Source: Candidatus Woesearchaeota archaeon (GTDB lineage: Archaea > Nanobdellota > Nanobdellia > Pacearchaeales > GW2011-AR1). Taken from it: 58,114 bases of DNA. The stretch spans positions 1-58,114 of the forward strand of contig CAYYME010000001.1 of assembly GCA_964473005.1 (NCBI GenBank). Reading direction: 5' to 3'. Every line of letters begins with the position of its first letter. Position 1 is the stretch's first letter. The position numbers and the translations under genes were made by a program. The notes beneath the pieces are model-generated. The model was not told the origin of the DNA, ran no database searches, and saw only the letters and a list, made by a program, of their open reading frames with translations. Of the stretch, positions 1 through 9,353 are shown in pieces.

Positions 1-11
1 AACCTTTTTTT

Positions 12-554
12 ATGGAATCCATAGAAGACGGAATAGATATAGAAAAATTAAGATACCATGGAAGAGGGGAAGCAGTCTATGCCGACGGCAGGCAGGTTTT
101 AGTAAGAGCCTGTCATGATGCCCTTGTTGCATACAAAAATCAGAGCAATGAAAAAGGTATACTTTTAATAGCAAGGAATGCAGAACCTGCATTTGGTTAT
201 TTATGGTCTTTAGGAGGATTTTTTGATAGGGGGGTGTCTACAAGCACAAGTCTTGCTTCACGAATTAAGTCAGAAAGCGGATTAGATGTTGATGAAACCA
301 GTTTTTTGGTATTGGGGCATATTAGGGCGATATGGAAAACAACCCCAAATAAAGAGGCAGAGGCTAAAAAACTCCCACTAGGAATTGACGAGACAGGCTT
401 GCTTTTTTTTGTTGAGGGTTATGGAAATCTTAATTTGGATAAACTGCATGACAGACCAAAAATTATAACTCCGAAAATGTATACTAGTGAATTCAGGGAA
501 GAACTTCATCCTTATATACAAATGGGTATGGATAGGGCAATAAAACTAATATAG
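12..554 (+). CDS. hypothetical protein (weak Nudix-fold-like stretch GYLWSLGGFFDRG, no intact Nudix box)
   Basis: 180-aa ORF with no competing ORF; no catalytic motif recognised. Confidence 0.4.
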   Translation: MESIEDGIDIEKLRYHGRGEAVYADGRQVLVRACHDALVAYKNQSNEKGILLIARNAEPAFGYLWSLGGFFDRGVSTSTSLASRIKSESGLDVDETSFLVLGHIRAIWKTTPNKEAEAKKLPLGIDETGLLFFVEGYGNLNLDKLHDRPKIITPKMYTSEFREELHPYIQMGMDRAIKLI

Positions 555-618
555 TCAGTATTTGATATATAAACTAAAGTCTCATAGATTTTTTAAATAG
601 ACCTTTTTTAATATAAAT

Positions 619-1332
619 ATGGTTTTTAAGACAGCAGTAATAATAGCAGGGGGAAAAGGAACAAGATTAGAAGAGCATACAGAAGATTTACCTAAGCCCC
701 TTATACCTATTGGAGGAAGGCCTATTTTAGAGAGGATAATTGAATGGCTTAAAGAAAACGGGGTAGAAAGAGTTATCATAGGAGTTGCTTATAAAAAAGA
801 GATGGTTAAAAATTATTTTGGGGACGGCGGGGAATTTGGGATTAAAATTACATACACAGAACATGATGAAAATGGCGGGACAGAAGATGCATTTAAAACA
901 GCAATAGAGCAATCTGGCATTGAAGATGAAAACTTCTATGCAATGAACGGAGATCAAATAACTGATTTACAGCTTAATGGTTTGACTAATGCTCACTTAA
1001 AAAGCAATGCAATTGCAACCCTTGTTACAGTAAAACTAAGAACAAATTTTGGAATTATTGAAACAGATTATCAAAATAGGATTACCCATATACAGGAAAA
1101 ATGGGTTGTTCCAAATGTCTTGATGAACACAGGAATTTATGTTTTCAATAAAAGAATAAAAGATTATCTGGTTGGGGGGAATATAGAAGAAAATACTTTC
1201 AGAAAATTATGCAAAGAGGGAAATCTTTACTCTTTCTATTATGATGGGGAATGGTTTTCTGTAAATGATAAAAAAGAATTAAAGAAAGCTGAAGAAGTAT
1301 TAAAAGGATTGGATGGTTTATCAAAAAGATGA
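619..1332 (+). CDS. sugar-1-phosphate nucleotidyltransferase (NTP-transferase fold)
   Basis: N-terminal AGGKGTRL...LPKPLIPIGGRPIL signature of sugar-phosphate nucleotidyltransferases; 237 aa. Confidence 0.8.
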   Translation: MVFKTAVIIAGGKGTRLEEHTEDLPKPLIPIGGRPILERIIEWLKENGVERVIIGVAYKKEMVKNYFGDGGEFGIKITYTEHDENGGTEDAFKTAIEQSGIEDENFYAMNGDQITDLQLNGLTNAHLKSNAIATLVTVKLRTNFGIIETDYQNRITHIQEKWVVPNVLMNTGIYVFNKRIKDYLVGGNIEENTFRKLCKEGNLYSFYYDGEWFSVNDKKELKKAEEVLKGLDGLSKR

Positions 1333-1787
1333 AAATACTTATTTTATACAGGACACAGAAAGATGCCACAGGAAGCTTTGCAAAAAAAATAAAGGAGAAT
1401 TTAGAAAAAGGAGGACACAAAGTAGAACTTGTTTCCAGAAATGAGGATTTGCATCTGCCGAGTCTTTCCAGTTCAATGGACGGATTAAAAGAGTTTGTGA
1501 TAAAAAAAGATAAAATTGAAAATTATGATATAGTTTATACGCAGGACTGGAGTATTGCCTTCCCTCTTTTATTTCCGTCAAAAGTATTATTTGACAAGCA
1601 CTACTGCCTCTTTCATGAAACTGAGGAAGAAGGGGGGGCGCAGTCAAAGATTTTGCAGAAGATAACAGGGAATTTGCTGGACAATCACCTGCTAGTTAAA
1701 ACCGCTGAATTAAGAAAAAGGTTTTCAAAATCAACCCTCTCTGAAAAAGGGTTGGAAGTGGTTAATTTAAAAAATGAGAGCATATAA
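1329..1787 (+). CDS. hypothetical protein resembling only the N-terminal Rossmann half of a GT-B glycosyltransferase
   Basis: ATGA overlap with the upstream gene; MKILILY...GS start typical of GT4-like enzymes, but only 152 aa. Confidence 0.4.
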   Translation: MKILILYRTQKDATGSFAKKIKENLEKGGHKVELVSRNEDLHLPSLSSSMDGLKEFVIKKDKIENYDIVYTQDWSIAFPLLFPSKVLFDKHYCLFHETEEEGGAQSKILQKITGNLLDNHLLVKTAELRKRFSKSTLSEKGLEVVNLKNESI

Positions 1788-2171
1788 CCAAAAGATATTA
1801 AAAATATGAACTTATCCCAGCAGGAGGATATTAAAAATGAATCTTTCAACAGAAAAAATAAACTTCGGAAGTTTAATAAAAGAAAGATTAAAGATTTTTT
1901 TCATTCTTATGAAAGAAGGATACAGGTTAAAGGATAAAATTATAATTCTGGTTTATCATTTAAAATCTCCAATCCAGCTTTTTAATTATCTTATTGGAAA
2001 AAAGAATCCAAGAAAACTTATAGGAAATGCTTATATAAAAAATAAGTATGGGTTGTTTTTTCTGTTCAAATTCTATCCATAACTCTGCAGTTCTTCCATC
2101 TTTTGGACCATTTCCTATTACTGACCTTATTTAAATTTCTTTACCATTATATCCGTCTTTTATTTTCATTT

Positions 2172-3122
2172 TCAAATTTTTTTTCCTTTTTTATCTAAGA
2201 GAACCATTTCTTTTGTGCAAAGAATGGGGATTTTTGTATTCTTATTTATTTCAAATGCTTGTCTAAAATCACTTTCCCAAAACCAATCTGAATTATACTT
2301 TTTTAATGCAGCAGACTTAAATTTTATTACAACTTCTAAAGTTTTATTATAATCATCACCTAAATTCAGCATTATTAAGTTCTTATATTTAACATTATTT
2401 TTTTTAAGCCAGGTTTCGGTTATTTTTCTATATTTCTCCAAACGAGAAGTTATTATAGTATCAATTTTATTTATGGGAATCATAAATGGTTTAGCATTCT
2501 GCATCCAATGAATATATTCTTCTTCCATTAAATTTATACCCCATGGACAATCTTCACATAAAACCCCATCCATATCACAGGATAAAGTTGTATATTTTGA
2601 ACCATGAATTATTTGCCATTCAAAAACACAATCTGGTTTTTTGATAAACAAAACATAATCAACTGAATCTTTTCCTGATGTCAAAGAAAAAGGAGATGCT
2701 GTTTTTATTATTAATTTTGGGTCAAATTCCAACAATTTTTCTTTTGCTTTTTTTAATGCAGTTCCTTCCCCAACACTATCATCAACAATTAAAACTTTTT
2801 TTATTATTTTTGGTGTTCTTATTAAAGCATTTTCCCAGAACTCATTTTTTATAAATAAATCTGGGGTTGTCAAGGGTCTGCCAAATTTTGTTGCGATAAT
2901 ATCTGCAACAAATAAACCACTTCTTGGAATTCCAACAATTACATCAAATTCATTCGGAATTATCTTTGCGAGTTTTTTTGTATAAGTTGATGCTTGTTCA
3001 TAACTAACCACACATGAAAAAGTTCTAGGAATTAAGATTTTTCTATGTTTTCTTACAAACTCAAAAAGTTTGGGATATTTCAATAATTGTTTCACTAAAT
3101 ATTGCTTTGTTTTTGTGTTCAT
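2172..3122 (-). CDS. phosphoribosyltransferase-domain / HAD-like phosphatase fusion protein
   Basis: PRTase motifs (VGIPRSGLFVA; KKVLIVDDSVGEGTAL) in the N-half; HAD motif I (CDMDGVLCED) in the C-half. Confidence 0.7.
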   Translation of the reverse strand: MNTKTKQYLVKQLLKYPKLFEFVRKHRKILIPRTFSCVVSYEQASTYTKKLAKIIPNEFDVIVGIPRSGLFVADIIATKFGRPLTTPDLFIKNEFWENALIRTPKIIKKVLIVDDSVGEGTALKKAKEKLLEFDPKLIIKTASPFSLTSGKDSVDYVLFIKKPDCVFEWQIIHGSKYTTLSCDMDGVLCEDCPWGINLMEEEYIHWMQNAKPFMIPINKIDTIITSRLEKYRKITETWLKKNNVKYKNLIMLNLGDDYNKTLEVVIKFKSAALKKYNSDWFWESDFRQAFEINKNTKIPILCTKEMVLLDKKGKKI

Positions 3123-3329
3123 TTAAAACTCCGCTACTGCCCTTCCTTTGTCTTTCTTCAGAGGCATAAAGAATTTTTCATCCTGTAATGCTGTCTGAAT
3201 GTCAATCAGGAATTTATCTAACTTAGATTCTAAGTCTTCATCAAAATTGAGTTTCTTCATTGCCTTAGCAAGATACTCAGAATATTTTTTAATTCCACCT
3301 GTATCTAGATTATATAGTAAAACTCTCAT
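3123..3329 (-). pseudogene. 68-aa stub resembling the N-terminus of a GT-B glycosyltransferase
   Basis: MRVLLYNLDTGGIKKYSEYLAKAM is typical of GT4 N-termini; the ORF ends after 68 aa, directly abutting the next gene. Confidence 0.35.
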
Positions 3330-3489
3330 TTTAACAAATAATCCAAAGGACCATCATTTAAAACATTTATTGTGCTTCTTTATAATAATTCCTCAATTTC
3401 TTAATCTTTAAAAAATAGATAATATTTAAAAAGACATCAAAACCAAAATAATAATAACTAAAAATGAAACAAAGAAAATTAAAGAAAAA

Positions 3490-4179
3490 ATGAAATCCTG
3501 GGGAAGAGAAATTTGGGACCATAAACAAGAAAAACAAGGCTCTTTAGGAGTTATTGCTGGAGTAGTTGAAACAAGAAGTTTTATGGATAAACAGACATTA
3601 GAAGAGATGGGATTTCTAGATAAAAATGTGTTTCCTTTAATAAAAAATAATGCCAAAATACTTGATGCAGGAATTGGTCCGATAGCCCGCTTTTCAATAG
3701 AATTTGCTAAAAGAGGGTATAATGTTACCGGAATAGATTTTTCAATAAAGATTCTGAAAGAAGCAGAAAAGAAAACTAAAGATATAAAAAATATAAAATT
3801 AATTGAGGATGATTTAACTGCACTCAAAAATATAAAAGGAAAGTTTGATTTAATATTCTGCTTTGGAACATTTGGACATATCCCTTCATTTTTATCTTTA
3901 GAAACATTAAAGAATTTTAATAGAAAGACTAAATCAAAAGGCTATTGTTATCTGCATTTTTGGATGAATGAAGAAAAGAATCTAAATAATATTTTCCATG
4001 ATTTTTTTTATGAAATGGCCAGATATTTTAAAAGAAAATTAGGCAGAAGTTTTAAAGTTAATTGTTCTTTTTATACTGAAGAAGAAATTGAAGAAATGGC
4101 TAAACTTAGTGGTTTTAAAATTATTGCAAAGAACAAAGGATGCTATTTGTTAAAAAAATCCGGGAAGGATAGGGTCTGA
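3490..4179 (+). CDS. class I SAM-dependent methyltransferase
   Basis: Motif I-like ILDAGIGPIARF followed by VTGIDFS and post-I/II spacing (LIFCFGTFGHI). Confidence 0.7.
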   Translation: MKSWGREIWDHKQEKQGSLGVIAGVVETRSFMDKQTLEEMGFLDKNVFPLIKNNAKILDAGIGPIARFSIEFAKRGYNVTGIDFSIKILKEAEKKTKDIKNIKLIEDDLTALKNIKGKFDLIFCFGTFGHIPSFLSLETLKNFNRKTKSKGYCYLHFWMNEEKNLNNIFHDFFYEMARYFKRKLGRSFKVNCSFYTEEEIEEMAKLSGFKIIAKNKGCYLLKKSGKDRV

Positions 4180-4185
4180 GATTTT

Positions 4186-4965
4186 TTAAGGGAGATTTGG
4201 TCTTTTGCCCTTATTTAATTTCAGAGCATAATTATAAATTTCAACATCTAAAGCATGATCTTTATAAATTCTTTTTCTTAACTTGTCATCCACTTTAATT
4301 ATCTTTTTACTTAAAGTTACTTTTTCCCATTTGGCATTTTTTATCCCCATGGCATTAAACAGGAAGGGTACATCTTCATCACTATTTTCTATAACCCCCA
4401 CAAACCAGCATAAATCTAAGAGCTTTTTTGCGTTTTCCAATTTCTTGGAATCATTCTTATTATTAAGACCTAAAAGATTAAAAATAATTGTTTGAATGAT
4501 ATAAGTTGCTTTATAGCTTAGTTTTCTGATAAGAGGTAAAAGAAAGTCTGGGACAGGTATTCTGCTGGACCCGCTCCCTTTATACTTTAAATTCAGAAAA
4601 TGCACCATCTCATTTTTTATTTGATTTTTATACCATTGATTAAAAGGGATTAATTTTTTTTCATGTAACATCTTTGCATTATAATGAGAAACAATCCTTT
4701 CAGCTGGATCTCTTAGAAAAATAAAATATCGGGGCGTTCTATTTGGAACTAGTTTATGGATCCCATAATAAGTAGCATGCCCAATGATAAATCTTACTTT
4801 ATTCTTATCAAGTTGCTTTGGTTTCAGATTATATCTTACAAGGGAGGTCGAGAAAATTTGATTATCAGGAACCCTCTTTAATAATGTGTTAAGAATAGTT
4901 CCTCCCCCGGTTCTAGGAGGATGAAGGAAAATCCATAAAGTTTTATTGTCCATGTAATAAAGCAA
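4186..4965 (-). CDS. sulfotransferase-family protein
   Basis: N-terminal FLHPPRTGGGTILNTL (PAPS 5'-phosphosulfate-binding-loop-like), 259 aa, in a glycan-type locus. Confidence 0.55.
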   Translation of the reverse strand: MLYYMDNKTLWIFLHPPRTGGGTILNTLLKRVPDNQIFSTSLVRYNLKPKQLDKNKVRFIIGHATYYGIHKLVPNRTPRYFIFLRDPAERIVSHYNAKMLHEKKLIPFNQWYKNQIKNEMVHFLNLKYKGSGSSRIPVPDFLLPLIRKLSYKATYIIQTIIFNLLGLNNKNDSKKLENAKKLLDLCWFVGVIENSDEDVPFLFNAMGIKNAKWEKVTLSKKIIKVDDKLRKRIYKDHALDVEIYNYALKLNKGKRPNLP

Positions 4966-5140
4966 ATTATCTCCTTTTTAAATTTATCTTATAAAAATCT
5001 AAAATCAAAATAAAAAAGAGATAAAAAGTTAAAAGTTTATAAGGGGGAGTTAAGCTAAGAATATGGGCTGAAGTCCCGTAATCTTTAAAAATTAAGATTA
5101 TTTGCTTTTAAATAGACAAAAATAATCAATATCTTAAAAA

Positions 5141-6211
5141 ATGGTTTATTTTCATGAAGCCGCATTAATAGATAGCTGCGATAATATACACTTCAAGATA
5201 TATAGTAATTCCCACCCTAAGGGATTTATAATAGCAAAACCAAAATATATCCCAAGTGAATTGCTAGAGCTTACTGGCTTAAAAAAGAGATTTATATTTA
5301 GTAAGGCTGTGCATCGTTTTAATTTATTTAATAACAAGGAAATTGTTAAAACAAACTTAAGGGCGATAAAGGAGAAATTTCCTTATTATGTATATGAGTG
5401 CAAAAAACACAACAACTGGTTTTTAGGGGTTCCTGAGGAGAAGATAAAAAAATTTTATGACACAAAAGAGGGGGTGCAGGAATTAATGAAAGTTCCTACA
5501 GAAGATCTTGATAATTATCTAAAATCGGTAAGAAATATGATTGAGATACTTATCAGTGCAGGAGTTCAAAAAGAAAATCTTGGAATAAGCCATTCAACAT
5601 TGCTTGGAAATTATACTCCCGGAAAATCAGATATAGACATTTTAGTATTTGGAATAGACAACGGCTGGAAAGTCATTAAATGTTTAGAGGGATGTAAAAA
5701 TCCCCTCTTAAGCTGGAAATCCGAAGAAGATTGGAGAAAATATTATAAGGAGAGAATTGTATCTAAATTTTTTAGTGAAGAGGAATATGCCGCAAATATG
5801 ATGCGAAAAAAAGATGATGGTTTTATTGAAGGACATGTTTTTTCATTATTTTGTATAGAAAATGAAGATGAAAGATGGTATAACTGGGAAGATGAACACG
5901 AACCATTGGGAACAATAAGCATAAAAGCCAAAGTAAAAAATGCTTATTATTCAATTGTAAGACCTGGTTATTATGAAATAGAAGATCCCATAATCTTAGA
6001 AGGTTATAAGGATGTACCAGTAAAACGTATTGTAACCTGGGCCAGACCATTTAGCCTGCAAGCGAAAGAAGGAGAGTATATAGAAGCCTGTGGGCTTCTT
6101 GAAAAAGTTAAATCAAAAAAAGAAGAATTTTATCAATTAGTCATAGGATATTTTGATACGTACACCACAGATAGGGGGGAAAAAGAATATTTAAAAGCAC
6201 TTATAATTTAA
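5141..6211 (+). CDS. Pol-beta-superfamily nucleotidyltransferase with N-terminal domain of unknown function and C-terminal OB-like domain (copy 1)
   Basis: GNYTPGKSDIDILVFG matches the hG[GS]x9-13Dh[DE]h minimal NTase motif; paralogous over full length to the next ORF. Confidence 0.6.
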   Translation: MVYFHEAALIDSCDNIHFKIYSNSHPKGFIIAKPKYIPSELLELTGLKKRFIFSKAVHRFNLFNNKEIVKTNLRAIKEKFPYYVYECKKHNNWFLGVPEEKIKKFYDTKEGVQELMKVPTEDLDNYLKSVRNMIEILISAGVQKENLGISHSTLLGNYTPGKSDIDILVFGIDNGWKVIKCLEGCKNPLLSWKSEEDWRKYYKERIVSKFFSEEEYAANMMRKKDDGFIEGHVFSLFCIENEDERWYNWEDEHEPLGTISIKAKVKNAYYSIVRPGYYEIEDPIILEGYKDVPVKRIVTWARPFSLQAKEGEYIEACGLLEKVKSKKEEFYQLVIGYFDTYTTDRGEKEYLKALII

Positions 6212-6212
6212 A

Positions 6213-7301
6213 ATGCATTTTTATGAATCTTCGATTATAATGACAAAAGACGGACTCCAATGCCTAGTTTACAGTAATGAACATCCAAATGGGTACATCA
6301 TTGTAAAGCCAAAATATATTCCTACAGATAAAATTTCAAGCGATGCTCTGCCTTACAGATTTATTTTAGGGAAAAAAGTAAATCGATTAGATTTATGGGC
6401 GGATAAGGGGAGTTTGAAAAAATATTTCGATGACTTTGCAAGAGCATATCCCCATTATATCTTTAAAAGTGATGTCCATGATAAAAGTCCATTATTCTTT
6501 GCTGTTCCTGTGGAATATATTGAAAAGGCATACTCCCCGAAAGAAGGATTAAAAGAATTAATGAGCATTCCCAAAACAGAACTTGATGAACATTTAAAGA
6601 CTGTGGTTGAACTTATATCTTTCCTTCTGAAAAGTGGTTTAGAATTAAAAGATTTGGGGGTAACTTATTCAACGATAATGGGATATTATTCTCAAAATAT
6701 GTCTGACATGAATATTGTTGTTTATGGAAAGGAGAAATTTTGGAGATTAATGAAATTTTTAAAAGAAAACAAACATGATAATCTAAGATGGAAAACTTAT
6801 GAAGAATGGGAAAATTTTTATAAAAAAAGAAATAGGTATATAATCCATGATAAAGAAAGGTATATAAAAAATATGCATGAAAAAAAATCAGAGGGGTTTT
6901 TTAACAATACTTTATTTATAATTTTTGGGCTTGAAGAACCGAATGAAACATGGTTTAAATGGGGGGAAGAAAAATACAGAAGGATTGGGGGGGCAAAATT
7001 TAGAGCAACAGTAAAAGAGCACAATAACTCCATAGTAAGACCGGGGTGTTACATAATCAACAATTCAGAATTTGTAGATGGACACGAATCCTGTAGAGAA
7101 TTACAAATAGATAAAATTGTCTTCTACTCAAGGGATTACTGCATGCTTGCATATCCTGGGGAAAAAATTGAAATAAGCGGAATTGTTGAGGAAGTTACAC
7201 CTATCAATGGAGAGAAATATTACCGGATTGTCCTCGGGTATTTTGATTCATATATAAATGGAAATAGAGACGGAGAATATATAAAAATATTACAAAACTA
7301 A
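6213..7301 (+). CDS. Pol-beta-superfamily nucleotidyltransferase paralog (copy 2, DxD changed to DxN)
   Basis: Shares YSN.HP.G.II.KPKYIP, SIVRPG.Y and GYFD.Y blocks with copy 1; NTase motif reads GYYSQNMSDMNIVVYG; 1-nt gap from copy 1. Confidence 0.6.
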   Translation: MHFYESSIIMTKDGLQCLVYSNEHPNGYIIVKPKYIPTDKISSDALPYRFILGKKVNRLDLWADKGSLKKYFDDFARAYPHYIFKSDVHDKSPLFFAVPVEYIEKAYSPKEGLKELMSIPKTELDEHLKTVVELISFLLKSGLELKDLGVTYSTIMGYYSQNMSDMNIVVYGKEKFWRLMKFLKENKHDNLRWKTYEEWENFYKKRNRYIIHDKERYIKNMHEKKSEGFFNNTLFIIFGLEEPNETWFKWGEEKYRRIGGAKFRATVKEHNNSIVRPGCYIINNSEFVDGHESCRELQIDKIVFYSRDYCMLAYPGEKIEISGIVEEVTPINGEKYYRIVLGYFDSYINGNRDGEYIKILQN

Positions 7302-7302
7302 A

Positions 7303-7863
7303 ATGGAGAATTCATGCAATTATTGTTGTGAGGCATTACTTAATATAGGTAGCCAAACTAATTACGGAAGTATTGTTATCTACAAGAGAGGGAATAAGCA
7401 AAACGGATGGTTTGCTACATTATCTCCAAAAACAGGTGGTAATCCTGAAAAAGATTTTACAGTCCAGCTGATGCCCATCCCCCATATCCAGCATATTTCA
7501 GAAATTAGTGATGATAGTGAACTAGCAAAGAATTATGGACTGGCCTTTTCAAAGATAGCAAGTGCAATGAACAAAATAATGAAAGAGGAGGGAAGAGACG
7601 AAGAAAATGAAGAAAGAGTTGTGAGAATCGGAACTTATGGAAAATCAAAGCATCCAACCGAACATTTCCATATCAAACTTTTCCCCTGGACAGGAGCAAT
7701 AGGACAGCCTTATACTGTTGACAGCTCCTTTGGAAGTAAAGAAATTTTCAAAGATGAACAAAGTAAAGAGTATACTAAAATGGAACCTGTTAAAAAGAAG
7801 ATGATTGAAGAAAAAAGATTAAACAGCCTCTCTAATAAATTAATCACATTACTAAAAGATTAA
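7303..7863 (+). CDS. HIT-superfamily-like protein (HxHxK variant), copy 1
   Basis: N-terminal Cys cluster (CNYCC), LMPIPH block and TEHFHIKLFP histidine-triad-like motif; 1-nt gap from the upstream gene. Confidence 0.55.
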   Translation: MENSCNYCCEALLNIGSQTNYGSIVIYKRGNKQNGWFATLSPKTGGNPEKDFTVQLMPIPHIQHISEISDDSELAKNYGLAFSKIASAMNKIMKEEGRDEENEERVVRIGTYGKSKHPTEHFHIKLFPWTGAIGQPYTVDSSFGSKEIFKDEQSKEYTKMEPVKKKMIEEKRLNSLSNKLITLLKD

Positions 7864-7948
7864 AAAGCATATTTATAAGACAGATATACTTTTTGTAGCC
7901 ACTATAAGATAGGAACATTTATAAATATTCAGATTTACCTACTTTGTT

Positions 7949-8554
7949 ATGGCAGACATAATCCTTCCAAGAAAGGGCCTGGTTTCCTTAGATGATTGTA
8001 TATTATGCAGTGAAGGAAAAAAAGAAATAGGTAGTATAGGAAACAAAGCAGCTATTATTTATAAAAGTGGAAGGAATCCTGCAATTGATTGGTTTATAAC
8101 TCTTCAGAGGAGCAATATATCTGATCCAAAAAGAGGATTTACTTTAATGCTTATGCCTATTGGACACTTAACTGCTTTTTCACAGATTCACGGCTCCAGA
8201 GAACTTGCTCAAAATTATGGGCTAACATTTGCTAAAGCGCATTATGGTATGCAGGTAATTAGACTAGAAGAATGGAAGCCAAAATATGGTTCTTTTACAT
8301 TTAGCGCGGTGAACTATGGAAAATGTGCTTCTAATATTAATACACAAGAACACCTTCATGTTAAAGCGTATACATTAGACGGAAATGCCAACCAACCCTC
8401 CCCTAGCGATACAGAATGGATTAAAAAAGAGAATTTAAATGATTCCCATGGAGAGAGATATGTCAAGGCTCTGCCGGTATTAAAAGAGGGATTAGATGAA
8501 GAAAGGTACCACCATCTAGCAAGTAGATTAATTGAAATCTGCAATAATTTTTAA
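7949..8554 (+). CDS. HIT-superfamily-like protein (HxHxK variant), copy 2
   Basis: CILC, LMPIGH, AQNYGLTFAK and QEHLHVKAY align with copy 1 (CNYCC, LMPIPH, AKNYGLAFSK, EHFHIKLF). Confidence 0.55.
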   Translation: MADIILPRKGLVSLDDCILCSEGKKEIGSIGNKAAIIYKSGRNPAIDWFITLQRSNISDPKRGFTLMLMPIGHLTAFSQIHGSRELAQNYGLTFAKAHYGMQVIRLEEWKPKYGSFTFSAVNYGKCASNINTQEHLHVKAYTLDGNANQPSPSDTEWIKKENLNDSHGERYVKALPVLKEGLDEERYHHLASRLIEICNNF

Positions 8555-8605
8555 TTATTCTTTATTAATGGCAGATTTTATAAATTATCTTCCCATATTT
8601 AATTA

Positions 8606-9313
8606 ATGGGCATCTCGAGAGAATATATTGAAGACGATTATAATAAAATAAAAACTGCATTTCAGAAAGAGGACAACTTAAAAGTAGCCTATAATATTGC
8701 AAACCAGATAAAGGAACATGAAGAAGTGTTAAAAGAAGTTTTTGCCTTCCTTATATCTTCTTTTAAGAATAAATTTAGAAATGACAAAAAAACTCCTCTT
8801 GTTTTTCATTCCATCTATCTAACAAGGCTCTTTTATCTATGCGGAGAGAGGGATTTAGACGCGTTATTGACAGCCGCTTTACATGATCTTCTTGAAGATA
8901 CAGAGATTTCTGAAGATATGCTAATTAAAAAAAGATTTATGATTGATAAAAAATATCTAATTGGCTATCTAAAAATTCTTAAAGAGGACAAAACCCTTTC
9001 AAGGGAACCTGATGGAAAAAATTTACCTCCCAGATATGTGGAGCATATAAAAAGACTAATAGGAAGCCCAAGAGAAGTCATTAATACTGAAATAATAGAC
9101 AGGTTTTCTGATTTAATGGACTTAGAGTATATAATGGAGTTACCCAAAGAAGAGAGAAAAATTAGATTAAGATCTAAATTAATCAAGGTAAAAAGTTTTG
9201 TAGAGAATATCACAAGAAACAGAAATGACCTTAATCAGAATTGTTTAGATTTATTTAACTCCAAAGTCAAAGAATTGAAGATAAAGGTAAATGTCCCCCT
9301 AATTATTCCCTAA
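8606..9313 (+). CDS. HD-domain phosphohydrolase of the RelA/SpoT (Mesh1-like) type
   Basis: HSIYLTRLF...GERDLDALLTAALHDLLEDT matches the H...HD..ED pattern of (p)ppGpp-hydrolase-type HD domains. Confidence 0.6.
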   Translation: MGISREYIEDDYNKIKTAFQKEDNLKVAYNIANQIKEHEEVLKEVFAFLISSFKNKFRNDKKTPLVFHSIYLTRLFYLCGERDLDALLTAALHDLLEDTEISEDMLIKKRFMIDKKYLIGYLKILKEDKTLSREPDGKNLPPRYVEHIKRLIGSPREVINTEIIDRFSDLMDLEYIMELPKEERKIRLRSKLIKVKSFVENITRNRNDLNQNCLDLFNSKVKELKIKVNVPLIIP

Positions 9314-9353
9314 TTGGAGAATAAAAAAAGAACACCACATACTATCCAAAATT

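Noticed and set aside
1837-2082. 81-aa ORF as a real gene
   Set aside because: It is short, has no motif and lies in a stretch with other truncated ORFs. I mention it only as possible gene debris.
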